Counted from the first letter of the stretch, positions 47,578 through 57,964 are shown. The stretch is DNA of 60,336 bases from Oscillibacter sp. (GCA_003522105.1 DPGF01000072.1:1-60336); one strand, 5' to 3'. Made by a program: numbers and translations. The notes: generated from the sequence alone by a model not told the origin.

Positions 47578-48061
47578 GGTCTTCTCCCCATTCTTTCACA
47601 AGCGCCGCTGCGCGCAGCGGCATATATTTTTCAAGGTCTTGTCCGTATTTGATCATCTCGCGCACCATCGTGGAGCTGATGTGCTGATACTTCGGCTCTG
47701 CAACGAGCAGCACCGTTTCAAGCGCCCCCTCCGACACATCGCGGTAGATGAGCGAGAGCTGCTGCTCGGCGTCAAAATCCACGCTGTTGCGCACGCCGCG
47801 CACAAGAAACTGTGCGTTTTTTCGGAGCGCGTAGTCGGTCAAAAGTCCGCCGCCAAGCTCGGCTTCCACGTTGGGAAAGTCCTCAACGCTCGCGCGCATC
47901 AGCGCAAGCTTCTGTTCGTCTGAAAACATCGGGTGCGTCTTCGTTCCGTTCGGCACGATGGACACATACACGCGGTCGAAGAGCTTCGACGCACGCGCGA
48001 TGATGTCCTGATGCCCGATCGTCACGGGATCGAACGAGCCGGGAAAGACTGCGATCTTCAT
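47564..48061 (-). CDS. coaD: Phosphopantetheine adenylyltransferase
   Basis: PGSFDPVTIGH, VRGVR and ISSTMVRE motifs. Confidence 0.96.
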   Translation of the reverse strand: MKIAVFPGSFDPVTIGHQDIIARASKLFDRVYVSIVPNGTKTHPMFSDEQKLALMRASVEDFPNVEAELGGGLLTDYALRKNAQFLVRGVRNSVDFDAEQQLSLIYRDVSEGALETVLLVAEPKYQHISSTMVREMIKYGQDLEKYMPLRAAALVKEWGEDHGEQ

Positions 48062-48615
48062 GCCTCTTCCTCCCCCGCGCGGTGATAGATCGTCACTTTA
48101 ATCTTGCCGTAGCGGTATTCGCGGTACAGGCTGTACGGCGCAGGAAGCGCCGGCAGCGCCTGATCCAGCGCGCTTTCCGCCACCATTATACCATGGGGCG
48201 ATAAAATGTCAAACGAGGCGATCTTCTCCATCGCCTGCTCCAGAAGGCCGCTGCCGTAGGGCGGATCGAGAAAGATGATGTCGAATTTCTGCCGCTGTGC
48301 GCCGAGCGATGCAACGGAGTCGCCGCAGATGACCTGTGCGTTCTCCTCAAGACGGCACAGCGCAAGATTCTCGCGCACGAGCTTCACCGCGTCCGCGCGC
48401 TTATCGATGAAAAGTGCGCTTTTTGCTCCGCGCGAAAGTGCCTCGATGCCGAGCTGCCCTGTGCCCGCAAACAGATCGAGCACGCGCGCATTCTCCACGT
48501 CAAACTGGATACAATTAAAGATGCTCTCCTTGACCTTATCGGTCGTCGGCCGGGTCTCCATACCCTTGAGTTCGCCCAGCCGCCGTCCGCGCGCCGAGCC
48601 TGTGATCACTCTCAT
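48058..48615 (-). CDS. rsmD: 16S rRNA m2G966 methyltransferase
   Basis: MRVITG, RPTTDKVKE, LDLFAGTG and DPPY motifs. Confidence 0.95.
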   Translation of the reverse strand: MRVITGSARGRRLGELKGMETRPTTDKVKESIFNCIQFDVENARVLDLFAGTGQLGIEALSRGAKSALFIDKRADAVKLVRENLALCRLEENAQVICGDSVASLGAQRQKFDIIFLDPPYGSGLLEQAMEKIASFDILSPHGIMVAESALDQALPALPAPYSLYREYRYGKIKVTIYHRAGEEEA

Positions 48616-48828
48616 CGTTATCCCTCCACAGCGCCGACGGTCACGGCGCAACATACTCTCTGGTTTCCATAATACGTGAATTTCCGTTCATTTTCAATAG
48701 ACACTCTGACATTTTCCCGCATTTTCCGCAAAATATTTTCTCTTGTTATTCCCGCACGCTTCGTATATAATGGTATGGAGTAGTAATATGGTCACATTTT
48801 ATCGACCAGGGAGAAAGGAGTATCTTCC

Positions 48829-49179
48829 ATGATCAGGCTACACACCGAAAAGGGCGAGATCAGCATTTCCGATGCCGCCCTGTCGAATATCACCGGCGCT
48901 GCCGCCACAAGCTGCTTCGGCGTCAAGGGCATGGCCTTCCGCTCCATGACGGACGGGCTTGTCCACCTGCTGCGCCGCGAGGCGATGAGCAAAGGCGTGC
49001 GCATCATTCCCCACGAAGAAGGGGACATTTCCATTGAGCTGCACATTGTTGTGGAGCACGGCGTGAACATCGCCGCCGTGTGCCGCTCCATTATCAATCA
49101 GGTTCGCTATATGGTCAGCGAAAACACCGGCGCGAGCATCCGCAGTGTCGACGTTTGCGTTGACAGCATGAATCTGTAA
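48829..49179 (+). CDS. Asp23/Gls24 family protein (YloU-like)
   Basis: G.AATSCFGVKGM...LLRRE..SKGV; synteny with the DAK2 gene. Confidence 0.9.
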   Translation: MIRLHTEKGEISISDAALSNITGAAATSCFGVKGMAFRSMTDGLVHLLRREAMSKGVRIIPHEEGDISIELHIVVEHGVNIAAVCRSIINQVRYMVSENTGASIRSVDVCVDSMNL

Positions 49180-49200
49180 AATCGAGGAGGACATCATCCC

Positions 49201-50880
49201 ATGCACGATACCATCAATGGTGCCATGTTTAAGGAGATGCTGCTCTTCGGCACCGTCTCCATCGCACAGGCACAACAAGCCATCAACGACTTAAACGTAT
49301 TCCCCGTTCCTGACGGCGACACCGGCACGAACATGAGCCTCACCATTCAGACCGCGGCGCAGGAGCTCAAGAAGATCGAGCCTGCCACGGTCGATCAGGC
49401 CGCCTCCGTCACCGCCTCCGCGTTGCTGCGCGGCGCACGCGGCAACTCCGGCGTCATTCTGTCTCTTCTCTTCCGCGGCATCTCCAAGGAGCTCAAGGGC
49501 TGCAAGGAAGCCGACGGCGCGGCCTTCGCCGCCGCAATGCAGGAGGGCGTCGCCGCGGCGTACAACGCCGTGATGAAGCCCGCCGAGGGCACGATCCTGA
49601 CCGTTTCGCGTCTCGCCGCCGAGCGCGCCGCGAGCGCGGCAGAGGAGCAGAACAGCGTCGAGTATGTGCTCGAGCAGGCCATCGCCCAGGGCGAGATCAC
49701 GCTCGCGCAGACGACCGACATGAACCCCGTTCTCAAAAAGGCGGGCGTAGTCGATGCCGGCGGCAAGGGCTTCCTGCTCATTCTCGGCGGCATGCTCAGT
49801 GCGCTTCGCGGCGAAGAGCGTCCCGAGCTCACCGAAGAGAATGCACAGGAGAAGGCGGATTTTGCCATGCTTTCCGAAGAAGACATCACCTTCACGTTCG
49901 ACACCGTGTTCATCGTTCGCAAGAGCGGACGCAGCATTGAGCCGTTCCGCAGATTTTTGGACGGCATCGGCGATTCGCTCGTCATCGGCGAGGACGACGA
50001 GGCCTTCAAGGTTCACGTCCACACTGACATTCCGGGCGAAGCGCTGAGCGAAGCGCAGAAGTACGGCACGCTCGAGCTTGCCAAGATCGAGAACATGCGC
50101 ACGCAGGCGCAGCAGCTTGCCGCCGGCGGCACGGCCCAGTCTACCGACGATCTCGACGCCATTGAGCAGGAGCTGGAGGCTGCCGGGCAGGAGGACAACA
50201 GCGAAGAGGCTGCGCCCGAAAAGGACTACGGCTTCCTTGCCGTCTGCGCCGGCGACGGACTTGCCAGCGTCTTTACCGACCTTGGCGCGGACGGCGTCAT
50301 CAGCGGCGGGCAGACCATGAATCCCTCGACCGAGAGCATTCTCAGGGAGATCAGAAAGGTTCCCGCGCGCACCGTTTTCGTCCTGCCGAACAACAAGAAC
50401 ATCATCATGGCCGCGCAGCAGTGCATGGGTCTAACGGAGAAAAACGTCGTCGTCATCCCCACCGCCTCCATTCCGCAGGGCGTAAGCGCGATGATGGCGG
50501 TCGATCCCGACATGAGCGACGCTGACGCCATCGCAAAGGCAATGACGGACGCGGCGCAGAACGTTTCCACCGCGCAGATCACCTACGCCGCGCGCAACTC
50601 CGATTTCGACGGTTTCGACATTCACGAGGGTGACTATCTCGCGCTGCTCGACGGGAAGCTTCACGGCACCGACCGTGATGTTTCCGCGTTGCTCGGCGGT
50701 CTTGCCGACGAGGCCGCGTCCCGCGGGGCAGAGTTCATCACCGTCTTTTACGGCGAAGATGTGGCGGAAGAGGACGCGCACAAGGCGTGCGACATCTTCA
50801 CCCACAAGTGCCCGGACGCCGAGATCAACCTCATCTGCGGCGGCCAGCCGGTCTACTACTATATCATCTCCATCGAATGA
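49201..50880 (+). CDS. fakA: DAK2-domain fatty acid kinase catalytic subunit (YloV)
   Basis: LNVFPVPDGDTGTNM, GARGNSG, GGQTMNPS, LPNNKNI and GGQPVYYY motifs. Confidence 0.92.
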   Translation: MHDTINGAMFKEMLLFGTVSIAQAQQAINDLNVFPVPDGDTGTNMSLTIQTAAQELKKIEPATVDQAASVTASALLRGARGNSGVILSLLFRGISKELKGCKEADGAAFAAAMQEGVAAAYNAVMKPAEGTILTVSRLAAERAASAAEEQNSVEYVLEQAIAQGEITLAQTTDMNPVLKKAGVVDAGGKGFLLILGGMLSALRGEERPELTEENAQEKADFAMLSEEDITFTFDTVFIVRKSGRSIEPFRRFLDGIGDSLVIGEDDEAFKVHVHTDIPGEALSEAQKYGTLELAKIENMRTQAQQLAAGGTAQSTDDLDAIEQELEAAGQEDNSEEAAPEKDYGFLAVCAGDGLASVFTDLGADGVISGGQTMNPSTESILREIRKVPARTVFVLPNNKNIIMAAQQCMGLTEKNVVVIPTASIPQGVSAMMAVDPDMSDADAIAKAMTDAAQNVSTAQITYAARNSDFDGFDIHEGDYLALLDGKLHGTDRDVSALLGGLADEAASRGAEFITVFYGEDVAEEDAHKACDIFTHKCPDAEINLICGGQPVYYYIISIE

Positions 50881-50883
50881 GCA

Positions 50884-50922
50884 AACCGGGACAGAGAGCA
50901 CTCTCTGTCCCGGTTCTTTTTT
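50884..50922. terminator. Bidirectional terminator
   Basis: AACCGGGACAGAGAG-CA-CTCTCTGTCCCGGTT followed by a T-run. Confidence 0.8.
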
Positions 50923-51503
50923 CAAATGTTCATTTTTCGCCCGAGAAGCTTCAGCAGCGTCTCCGCGTGGCGGTATTCGTCTGCACTCATCGCCGCAAAG
51001 AGCTTTCCCAGGCACAGATCGAGCGTTTCTTCCCCCGCGCGGGCGTAGTTGTAGCCCGCGCAGGCCTCACCGTGGTAAAGGGCGCGCAGCAGCGCGCAGA
51101 GATCGCCCATATCCGGTCTTTCAACGCATATGCGCGGGCAGTAGGGCTTTCCGGTGATCAGGTAGATCGCGGCGGCAAGGTCGCGCGCATGGCGCTTTTC
51201 CTCCTCGCTGAGCGCGCGGAAAAGGCGCGCGGTCTCGCGCCGCGGCAGGTTTGCGGCAAGATAGGCGTAGACCTGCGCGTCGCCCAGTTCCTCGCGCAGA
51301 AAGCCTTGCAGCACCTCGACGGAATCCGCCGCCTCCGTTCCCATGCAGCAGGGATCCCCCTCCGCCCCTGGGAGCGAAAGCTCTCCGCTCTGCGTGCCCA
51401 CCTCTTCCGCCGCAGGATATGGATCCTCCGACGGCGAAACGCGCTGCCACAGTGCGCGGCAGGCATCGTAGTCATAGACGGACGGATTTTTTTGCTCGAT
51501 CAT
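50922..51503 (-). CDS. Ferritin-like/rubrerythrin-like domain protein, possibly spore-associated
   Basis: Two E..H di-iron-type motifs (EEKRH, DEYRH); upstream sigK/E-like CATAGAAT -10. Confidence 0.7.
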   Translation of the reverse strand: MIEQKNPSVYDYDACRALWQRVSPSEDPYPAAEEVGTQSGELSLPGAEGDPCCMGTEAADSVEVLQGFLREELGDAQVYAYLAANLPRRETARLFRALSEEEKRHARDLAAAIYLITGKPYCPRICVERPDMGDLCALLRALYHGEACAGYNYARAGEETLDLCLGKLFAAMSADEYRHAETLLKLLGRKMNI

Positions 51504-51769
51504 ATTCTCCTTCCCCTTCCCGAACAATTCTCGCCCCATTCTATGCCGGCCGCGCCTCTGTGTGCCGGCTGCTTTTTTCTTCTTTTCCTCCCGGAAAAAG
51601 AAATCTCAAAAATCGCACCCCGCTCGTTGATTTTTTCCCATTTTTCTGGTAAACTACATTTGTTTTGTATTTTTGTACATTTTGTTGCATTTGCAACTTT
51701 TCATTTTCTGCCGCAGGCGTTAAGCTAAGAATACTCCAACGGCAGTTTCTGTAAGGAGGTCTTCTTTTC

Positions 51770-52495
51770 ATGCTGGAACTGAAGCACATCACCTATACCG
51801 TCTCTTCTCCCGAAGGGGAGCAGACGATCTTGAAGGACATTTCCATCGACATTCCCGACCGCAAGCTCATCGTCTTTACCGGCCCCAACGGCGGCGGCAA
51901 GACCACGCTTGCCAAGATCATCATGGGCCTTGTCACGCCGACGGGCGGCCAGATCCTCTTCAACGGCCAGGACATCACGCATCTCGGCATCACCGAGCGC
52001 GCGCGCCTCGGCATCAGCTACGGCTTTCAGCAGCCGCCGCGCTTCAAGGGCATCACGGTGCGAAACCTTCTGACCATTGCCTCGGGCGACGAAAACCTCA
52101 GCAAGGACAAGTGCTGCAAATACCTCACGCAGGTGGGTCTCTGCGCCAACGACTACCTCGACCGCGAGGTGGACGTTTCTCTCTCCGGCGGCGAGGTCAA
52201 GCGCATTGAGATCGCAACGCTGCTTGCCCGCGGCAGCGAGCTGATGATCTTCGACGAGCCGGAAGCCGGCATCGACCTCTGGAGCTTCGCGCGCCTGACC
52301 GAGACCTTCGAGCAGCTGCGCCGTCAGGAGACTGCCACAATGATCATCATCTCCCATCAGGAGCGCATCATTCAGCTGGCCGATGAGATCGTCGTCGTGG
52401 GCGGCGGCGAGCTGATGCATCGCGGCAGCACAAAGGAAATTTTCCCGCTCATCATGGCGGATACGCTGGGCTCCTGCCCGGTGCTGAACAAGTAA
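51770..52495 (+). CDS. SufC-like ABC ATPase
   Basis: GPNGGGKT, ITERARLG..YGFQQP, LSGGE.KR and DEPEAGID motifs. Confidence 0.88.
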   Translation: MLELKHITYTVSSPEGEQTILKDISIDIPDRKLIVFTGPNGGGKTTLAKIIMGLVTPTGGQILFNGQDITHLGITERARLGISYGFQQPPRFKGITVRNLLTIASGDENLSKDKCCKYLTQVGLCANDYLDREVDVSLSGGEVKRIEIATLLARGSELMIFDEPEAGIDLWSFARLTETFEQLRRQETATMIIISHQERIIQLADEIVVVGGGELMHRGSTKEIFPLIMADTLGSCPVLNK

Positions 52496-52508
52496 GGAGG
52501 AAGAACAC

Positions 52509-53432
52509 ATGATCACTGAAATCGACGCTTCCCTGCTTGAAAAGATCGCCGACCTGACGGGCAAGCCCGTCGGCGCGTTCAACATCCGAAAGGACAGCGG
52601 CTGCGAGGCGCGCCAGTCCACCGAGCACATCGCCATCGACCCACAGCCCGAGGGCAAAAGCGGCATCGTCATTCGCATCAAGGACGGCACAAAGGGCGAG
52701 CAGTGCCACATTCCCGTCATCATCAGCAAAAGCGGCGTGACCGAAATGGTCTACAATGACTTTTACGTCGGCGAAAACTGCGATGTGGACATCGTCGCAG
52801 GCTGCGGCATCCACAACTCCGGCTGTAACGAGAGCCGTCACGACGGTATCCACACCTTTTATATCTCCAAGAATTCCCACGTGCGCTATACGGAAAAGCA
52901 TTACGGCGAGGGCGACGGCAACGGTGCGCGTGTGATGAACCCCACCACGGTCGTCTACCTCGACGAGGGCGCAAGCATCCAGATGGAGACCGTTCAGATC
53001 CGCGGCATCGACTCCACCGTGCGCAAGACGAAGATCGTCTGCGGCAAGGGCGCTGAGGCCATCGTCACCGAAAGACTGCTGACGCATGGCAAGCAGCTGG
53101 CCGAGAGCGACATGGAGATCGAACTCAACGGCGAGGACTCCCGCGGCCGCGTCATTTCCCGCTCTGTTGCGCAGGACGAGTCCAAGCAGGTCTTTCGCCC
53201 CGTGGTCGTGGGCAACAACAAGTGCTTCGGCCACGTGCAGTGCGACTCGATCATCATGGGCAAAGCAACGATCGAATCCGTCCCCGCCATCAGCGCCAAT
53301 TCGACCGACGCGCAGCTCATCCACGAGGCTGCCATCGGCAAGATCGCGGGCGACCAGCTCTTGAAGCTCCAGACCCTGGGACTCACCGAGGAAGAGGCCG
53401 AGGATACGATCCTCAAGGGCTTCCTCGCCTGA
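52509..53432 (+). CDS. SufB/SufD family Fe-S assembly scaffold
   Basis: CHIP, AGCGIH, GHVQCD and HEAAIGKI...QL.KL..LGL motifs. Confidence 0.88.
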   Translation: MITEIDASLLEKIADLTGKPVGAFNIRKDSGCEARQSTEHIAIDPQPEGKSGIVIRIKDGTKGEQCHIPVIISKSGVTEMVYNDFYVGENCDVDIVAGCGIHNSGCNESRHDGIHTFYISKNSHVRYTEKHYGEGDGNGARVMNPTTVVYLDEGASIQMETVQIRGIDSTVRKTKIVCGKGAEAIVTERLLTHGKQLAESDMEIELNGEDSRGRVISRSVAQDESKQVFRPVVVGNNKCFGHVQCDSIIMGKATIESVPAISANSTDAQLIHEAAIGKIAGDQLLKLQTLGLTEEEAEDTILKGFLA

Positions 53433-53451
53433 GAACACCGCAGAGAATAAC

Positions 53452-53493
53452 GAAAATGCGAGATACCCGAGAAAACGGGTATCTCGCATTTTC
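53452..53493. terminator. Bidirectional terminator
   Basis: GAAAATGCGAGATACCCG / CGGGTATCTCGCATTTTC. Confidence 0.78.
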
Positions 53494-53501
53494 TGTTGCT
53501 A

Positions 53502-54107
53502 TCAATCGACAAAATCAGGATAACCTTCTTTGAGCGACTCATCATAGATCGCGCGCTCGCCGCCAATGAATTTGGGGCGCGTCCGCGCGGCCAGCACGAT
53601 GGCCTGACCGATGCGATTCTGCTTCAAGCGCACGGGAACAGCCACTTTTTTCAGATGCATGCCGATCAGCGTGCCGCCGATGTCAAGCCCCGCGTCGGCG
53701 CGGATCTCCTCGAGCGCCACGGGGTGGCGGAACGCCTCATAGGCCGCCGTTGCAAAGGAACTGCCCGCCTTGGGCTGCGGCAGGACGTTGACGATCTCGC
53801 CGCCCGGCACCGCCTCGTGCTCCACAATGAGCGCGCGGTTGAGATGCTCGCAGCATTGGGCGGCAATATACACCCCCATGGGCGAAAACACACCGGACAG
53901 CCCGCGGAAGATCGCCTGTGCCACCTCCGGCGTTGACCAGCTGCCGACCTGGTGCCCGACGACCTCACTCGTGCTGCACCCGACAACAACGATCTGCCCG
54001 CGGCGCAGATGCGCTGCCTCCGCCAGCTGGCGCGCGCATTCCGCCGCCTCCTGCTCCGCCTGCTCTACCAGACGATGATTTTCTACCTCATGTACGATTC
54101 CCGCCAT
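53502..54107 (-). CDS. YwlG/TIGR01440 (UPF0340) family protein
   Basis: GCSTSEV, QCCEHLNRAL, GLDIGGTLIGMHLK and RPKFIGGERA motifs. Confidence 0.9.
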   Translation of the reverse strand: MAGIVHEVENHRLVEQAEQEAAECARQLAEAAHLRRGQIVVVGCSTSEVVGHQVGSWSTPEVAQAIFRGLSGVFSPMGVYIAAQCCEHLNRALIVEHEAVPGGEIVNVLPQPKAGSSFATAAYEAFRHPVALEEIRADAGLDIGGTLIGMHLKKVAVPVRLKQNRIGQAIVLAARTRPKFIGGERAIYDESLKEGYPDFVD

Positions 54108-54138
54108 GATCTGACACCTCTTTAACATGTTGTTTTGC

Positions 54139-54645
54139 TTATGCCAGCTTCTCCGTCACCTTGGCGCGTTCCAGCACCGCGACCAGCAGCACGCCGACCA
54201 CGAGGCCGACCGTACCCTGGAAGATGTTGCCGGGGATGCTTGCCGCAGCGGCAAGGCCCTTGCCCAGCAGGAGAGAAGCGTAGCCGAAATAGCCCAGCAC
54301 CATCACGATCTCGCTCACAACGCCGCCGACGATGCGGGACGCCTGCGTGCAGCCCATCTTTTCATATACCAGCGCGGCGACGAGCGCCACAAGTCCCTTG
54401 ATGGCGAACGTGCCGGGCGCATAGTGGCCGTAGCCGAGGAAGAGATCCGCCAGCATCGAGCCGATGCCGCCCGCCGCAAAGCCGTACCAGGGGCCGAGCA
54501 GCCAGCCCGAGAGTAGCACGAAGCAGTCGCCTAAATTCACATAGCCCTGCATCGGAGAAGGGATCTGGACGACCATCGTCGCCACGCAGACAAGCGCCGC
54601 AAGCAAAGCGGCAAGGACAAGCTTTCTGATCTTCTTATCATTCAT
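54139..54645 (-). CDS. ECF transporter S component
   Basis: AALLAALVCVAT..IP...GYVNLGD, GGIGSMLADL..GY..YAP.T..IKG and NIFQ motifs. Confidence 0.88.
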   Translation of the reverse strand: MNDKKIRKLVLAALLAALVCVATMVVQIPSPMQGYVNLGDCFVLLSGWLLGPWYGFAAGGIGSMLADLFLGYGHYAPGTFAIKGLVALVAALVYEKMGCTQASRIVGGVVSEIVMVLGYFGYASLLLGKGLAAAASIPGNIFQGTVGLVVGVLLVAVLERAKVTEKLA

Positions 54646-54755
54646 GGTCAAATGCTCCTTTGTTTTGGTTGTTGCTCGTATTATACCGCCTACTGGTATT
54701 ATTCATATAATCAAACAAAAACAAATTATGCAGACCAGGCGCTACGTTCAAACAG

Positions 54756-54790
54756 GAAAGGCGGCGCAGCGAGTGCTGCGCCGCCTTTCG
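54756..54790 (-). terminator. Terminator hairpin
   Basis: GAAAGGCGGCGCAGC / GCTGCGCCGCCTTTC. Confidence 0.7.
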
Positions 54791-54799
54791 TTTCAGGAT

Positions 54800-55279
54800 T
54801 TAGTTTTCCTTGGGTTCCTCGTCCGCAGCAGGTTCCTCCTGTGCAGGTGCTTCCTCGCAGGGAGCGCAGTCGTTTTCTTCCGCGACAGGCTCTGCCGCAT
54901 CGGTTTTCTTCTCGATGGTCACCTCGATGACAGGCTCCTTTGCTTTCTTGGCAGCGGCAGCCTCAGCCTTGGCAGCGGCGGCCTCCGCCTTGGCAGCCTC
55001 ATAGGCCGCGAGCTTATCCTGAGAGTCCTTGATCGCCGCAACGATATCAGCGACCGCCTCGGGCGCGTCGCCCTCGAGTGCGGAAACATACCACTCGCCG
55101 ATGGCGCGGTAGTTCTTGTCCATGCTGCGGCGCTCAGCCGCCATCTCATATTCGGTCTTTGCCTTATCCGCAACGATGCTCGCCTTTTCGCTGGCAACAG
55201 CCGCGACCTGCTGCGCCTTCTCGGCAGCGATGAAAGCAACATCCTGAACCTTCTTACCGAAGTTGTCTAAGAATTCCAT
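54800..55279 (-). CDS. Hypothetical Ala/Glu-rich helical protein
   Basis: AAAGGAG RBS, host-like codon usage, own terminator; MEFLDNFGKK...YRAIGEWY. Confidence 0.7.
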   Translation of the reverse strand: MEFLDNFGKKVQDVAFIAAEKAQQVAAVASEKASIVADKAKTEYEMAAERRSMDKNYRAIGEWYVSALEGDAPEAVADIVAAIKDSQDKLAAYEAAKAEAAAAKAEAAAAKKAKEPVIEVTIEKKTDAAEPVAEENDCAPCEEAPAQEEPAADEEPKEN

Positions 55280-55395
55280 ATTCTCTTCTCCTTTCAAACC
55301 TTTCACTTTGGCTTGGTACTGTAAGTATAAGCTACCGGGCCGTGCATTTCAATGGATAATTTTTAATAAAAGTATTAACTTTTTATGACGATGTG

Positions 55396-56904
55396 CTATT
55401 TTTTCTCCACCCAGCCCTGCGCGCAGCCCACGGCGCGCTTCCAGCCGCGATACAGCTCCTCGCACTCATACTGCGCGCGCTCGGGAGAGAAAACACGTTC
55501 GCTGCGGCGCAGAGCGCGCAGCTCGTCAAGATCCTTCCACACGCCCACGGCCAGTCCCGCAAGCGACGCCGCACCGAATGCCGTCGTTTCGACCATCGTG
55601 GGGCGGTCGACCGGAATGCGCAGAAGGTCTGCCTGAAACTGCATCATCAAATCGCTGACGCTTGCGCCGCCGTCCACACGCAGGCCCGAGATCTCGCAGC
55701 CCGCGTCCTGCCGCATGGCGGTCATCAGGTCAGTGACCTGATAGGCGATGGATTCGAGCACCGCGCGGGCAAAATGCGCCTTCGTCGTGCCCCGCGTGAT
55801 GCCGACAACGCAGCCGCGCGCATACATATCCCAGTACGGCGCGCCAAGGCCGGTGAAGGCGGGCACAAGGTAGATCCCGCCCGTATCGCTCACGCTCTCT
55901 GCCAGCGTATCGCACTCGTGCGAGGTCGAGATGATCTTCAGCTCGTCGCGCAGCCACTGAATGGCCGAGCCTGCGTTGAAAACGCTGCCCTCGATCGCGT
56001 AGGTCGTTTCGCCGCCGATGTTCCAGCCCACGGTCGTCACCAGTCCCGCGCGCGAGCGCACCGGCGTATCGCCGATATTCATCAGCGTGAAACAGCCCGT
56101 GCCGTAGGTGTTTTTGGCCTGTCCGCGCGTAAAGCAGCCCTGACCGAAGAGCGCCGCCTGCTGGTCGCCCGCTGCGCCGCAGATCGGCACGCCCGCGAGT
56201 GCCTCAAGACCTTCGATCCCCTCTGCCACCGTCCCGTAAACCTCGGAATTCGACACCGGACGCGGCAGAATATCCATCGGAATATCCAAAAGCGCGCAGA
56301 GCTCTTCGTCCCACGAAAGCGTGTGGATGTTGAAGAGCATCGTGCGGCTTGCGTTGGAATAGTCCGTCACGTGCACCTTGCCGCCCGTCAGCTTCCAGAT
56401 GAGCCACGTTTCCACCGTGCCGAACAGCAGCTCGCCGCGTGCAGCCCGCTCCTGCGCGCCGGGAACATGATCGAGCAGCCATCTGATCTTCGTCGCGGAG
56501 AAATAGGCGTCGATCTGGAGTCCCGTTTTCTCTGCCACCAACTCGCTCACACCGCGCTTTTCGCGCAGCGCATCCGCAATGTCCGCCGTGCGGCGGCACT
56601 GCCAGACGATGGCGTTATAGATCGGTTCACCGGTCGCGCGATCCCACAGGATCGTTGTTTCGCGCTGGTTCGTAATGCCGATGGCCGCGATCTCGCGGCC
56701 AAGACCTGCTTTGCGCAGCGCCTGCGCGGCGACAGCGCGTTCGCTCTCCCAGATCTCGTTCGGGTCGTGCTCGACCCAGCCCGGCTGCGGATAATGCTGC
56801 CGGAACGTCTGCTGTGCGTAGCCTGCGACGCTGCCGTCGCGTCCGAAAAGAATGGCACGTGAGCTGGTCGTTCCCTGATCGAGTGCCAAAATATACCGCT
56901 GCAT
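55396..56904 (-). CDS. glpK: Glycerol kinase
   Basis: [36 protein letters not shown] and [12 protein letters not shown] motifs. Confidence 0.97.
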   Translation of the reverse strand: MQRYILALDQGTTSSRAILFGRDGSVAGYAQQTFRQHYPQPGWVEHDPNEIWESERAVAAQALRKAGLGREIAAIGITNQRETTILWDRATGEPIYNAIVWQCRRTADIADALREKRGVSELVAEKTGLQIDAYFSATKIRWLLDHVPGAQERAARGELLFGTVETWLIWKLTGGKVHVTDYSNASRTMLFNIHTLSWDEELCALLDIPMDILPRPVSNSEVYGTVAEGIEGLEALAGVPICGAAGDQQAALFGQGCFTRGQAKNTYGTGCFTLMNIGDTPVRSRAGLVTTVGWNIGGETTYAIEGSVFNAGSAIQWLRDELKIISTSHECDTLAESVSDTGGIYLVPAFTGLGAPYWDMYARGCVVGITRGTTKAHFARAVLESIAYQVTDLMTAMRQDAGCEISGLRVDGGASVSDLMMQFQADLLRIPVDRPTMVETTAFGAASLAGLAVGVWKDLDELRALRRSERVFSPERAQYECEELYRGWKRAVGCAQGWVEKK

Positions 56905-56994
56905 GAAGATACCCCCTTGTCCCTTTGCACGGTTTTATGCTATACTAAGGTAGTAAAGTTATTGTGATTATACCATGCAGGAGGATTTTACGCC

Positions 56995-57927
56995 ATGGCT
57001 ATTTGCAGGGAATTTTACTTTTCCTCGTCGGACGGTTCCTCGCGCATTCACGCAGCGGAGTGGACCCCCGAGGGGCATGAGATCATCGGCGTTCTACAAA
57101 TTGCGCACGGCGTGGCGGAATACGGCATGCGCTACGCCCCCTTCGCCGAATTTATGACCGAGCACGGCTTTGTCGTGGTGGCAAACGATCACCTCGGCCA
57201 CGGTCTCTCCGCGGAAAAGGACGCCGAGACGCTTTACTTCGGTCCTCATAACGGCTGGAAGCACGTGGTGGACGATATGTACGCCCTGCGCTGCCGCACA
57301 AAGGAAAAATATCCCGACGTTCCCTATTTCCTCATGGGACATTCGATGGGCTCTTTCCTGACGCGCACCTACCTCATTCGCTATCCCGGCACCGTAGACG
57401 CCGCCATCATCATGGGCACGGGACACCAATCCCCCGCAGTCGTTGCAGGCGGGCGCGCCATCGCCAAGGCCGCAGGCAAGCGCCACGGCTTCAAGGCGCA
57501 TTCCCCGCGCGTGGAGGATCTCGCCTTCGGCGCGTACAACAAGGCTTTCGCGCCCAACCGCACATCGCTCGACTGGCTGAGCGCGAGCGACAATAATGTT
57601 GACGCCTACATCGCCGACCCCCTCTGCGGGCAGAAGACGAGCATCGGTCTCTTCTATGAAATGCTCGGCGGTATCCGCTTTGTCAGCGCGCAGAAGAACA
57701 TCAACTCGATGAATCTCAACACCCCCATTCTTTTTATCTCCGGCGACCGCGACCCCGTCGGTGAGATGGGCAAGGGCGTGAAGCGCGCGTACAATGCCTT
57801 CCGCCGCGCCGGTGTGCGCGATGTGGAGATCAAACTCTACCGGGGGCTGCGGCACGAAATCCTGAACGAAGACTGCCGTGCGGTGGTATACAACGACATC
57901 TGGAACTGGATCGAGAAGCACTTATAA
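56995..57927 (+). CDS. Alpha/beta hydrolase (lysophospholipase/monoacylglycerol lipase-like)
   Basis: HGVAE, DHLGHG, GHSMGS and RHEILNE motifs; divergent from glpK. Confidence 0.9.
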   Translation: MAICREFYFSSSDGSSRIHAAEWTPEGHEIIGVLQIAHGVAEYGMRYAPFAEFMTEHGFVVVANDHLGHGLSAEKDAETLYFGPHNGWKHVVDDMYALRCRTKEKYPDVPYFLMGHSMGSFLTRTYLIRYPGTVDAAIIMGTGHQSPAVVAGGRAIAKAAGKRHGFKAHSPRVEDLAFGAYNKAFAPNRTSLDWLSASDNNVDAYIADPLCGQKTSIGLFYEMLGGIRFVSAQKNINSMNLNTPILFISGDRDPVGEMGKGVKRAYNAFRRAGVRDVEIKLYRGLRHEILNEDCRAVVYNDIWNWIEKHL

Positions 57928-57931
57928 CGTC

Positions 57932-57964
57932 AAGCAGGCGAACCGTCAGGCGGTTCGCCTGCTT
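57932..57964. terminator. Bidirectional terminator
   Basis: AAGCAGGCGAACCG / CGGTTCGCCTGCTT. Confidence 0.65.

Noticed and set aside
54940..55010. AAKAEAAAAKAEAAAAKK repeat
   Set aside because: Low-complexity coding repeat within a helical protein, not a DNA-level repeat element.
55393..56862. 489-aa plus-strand ORF
   Set aside because: Antisense shadow of glpK.
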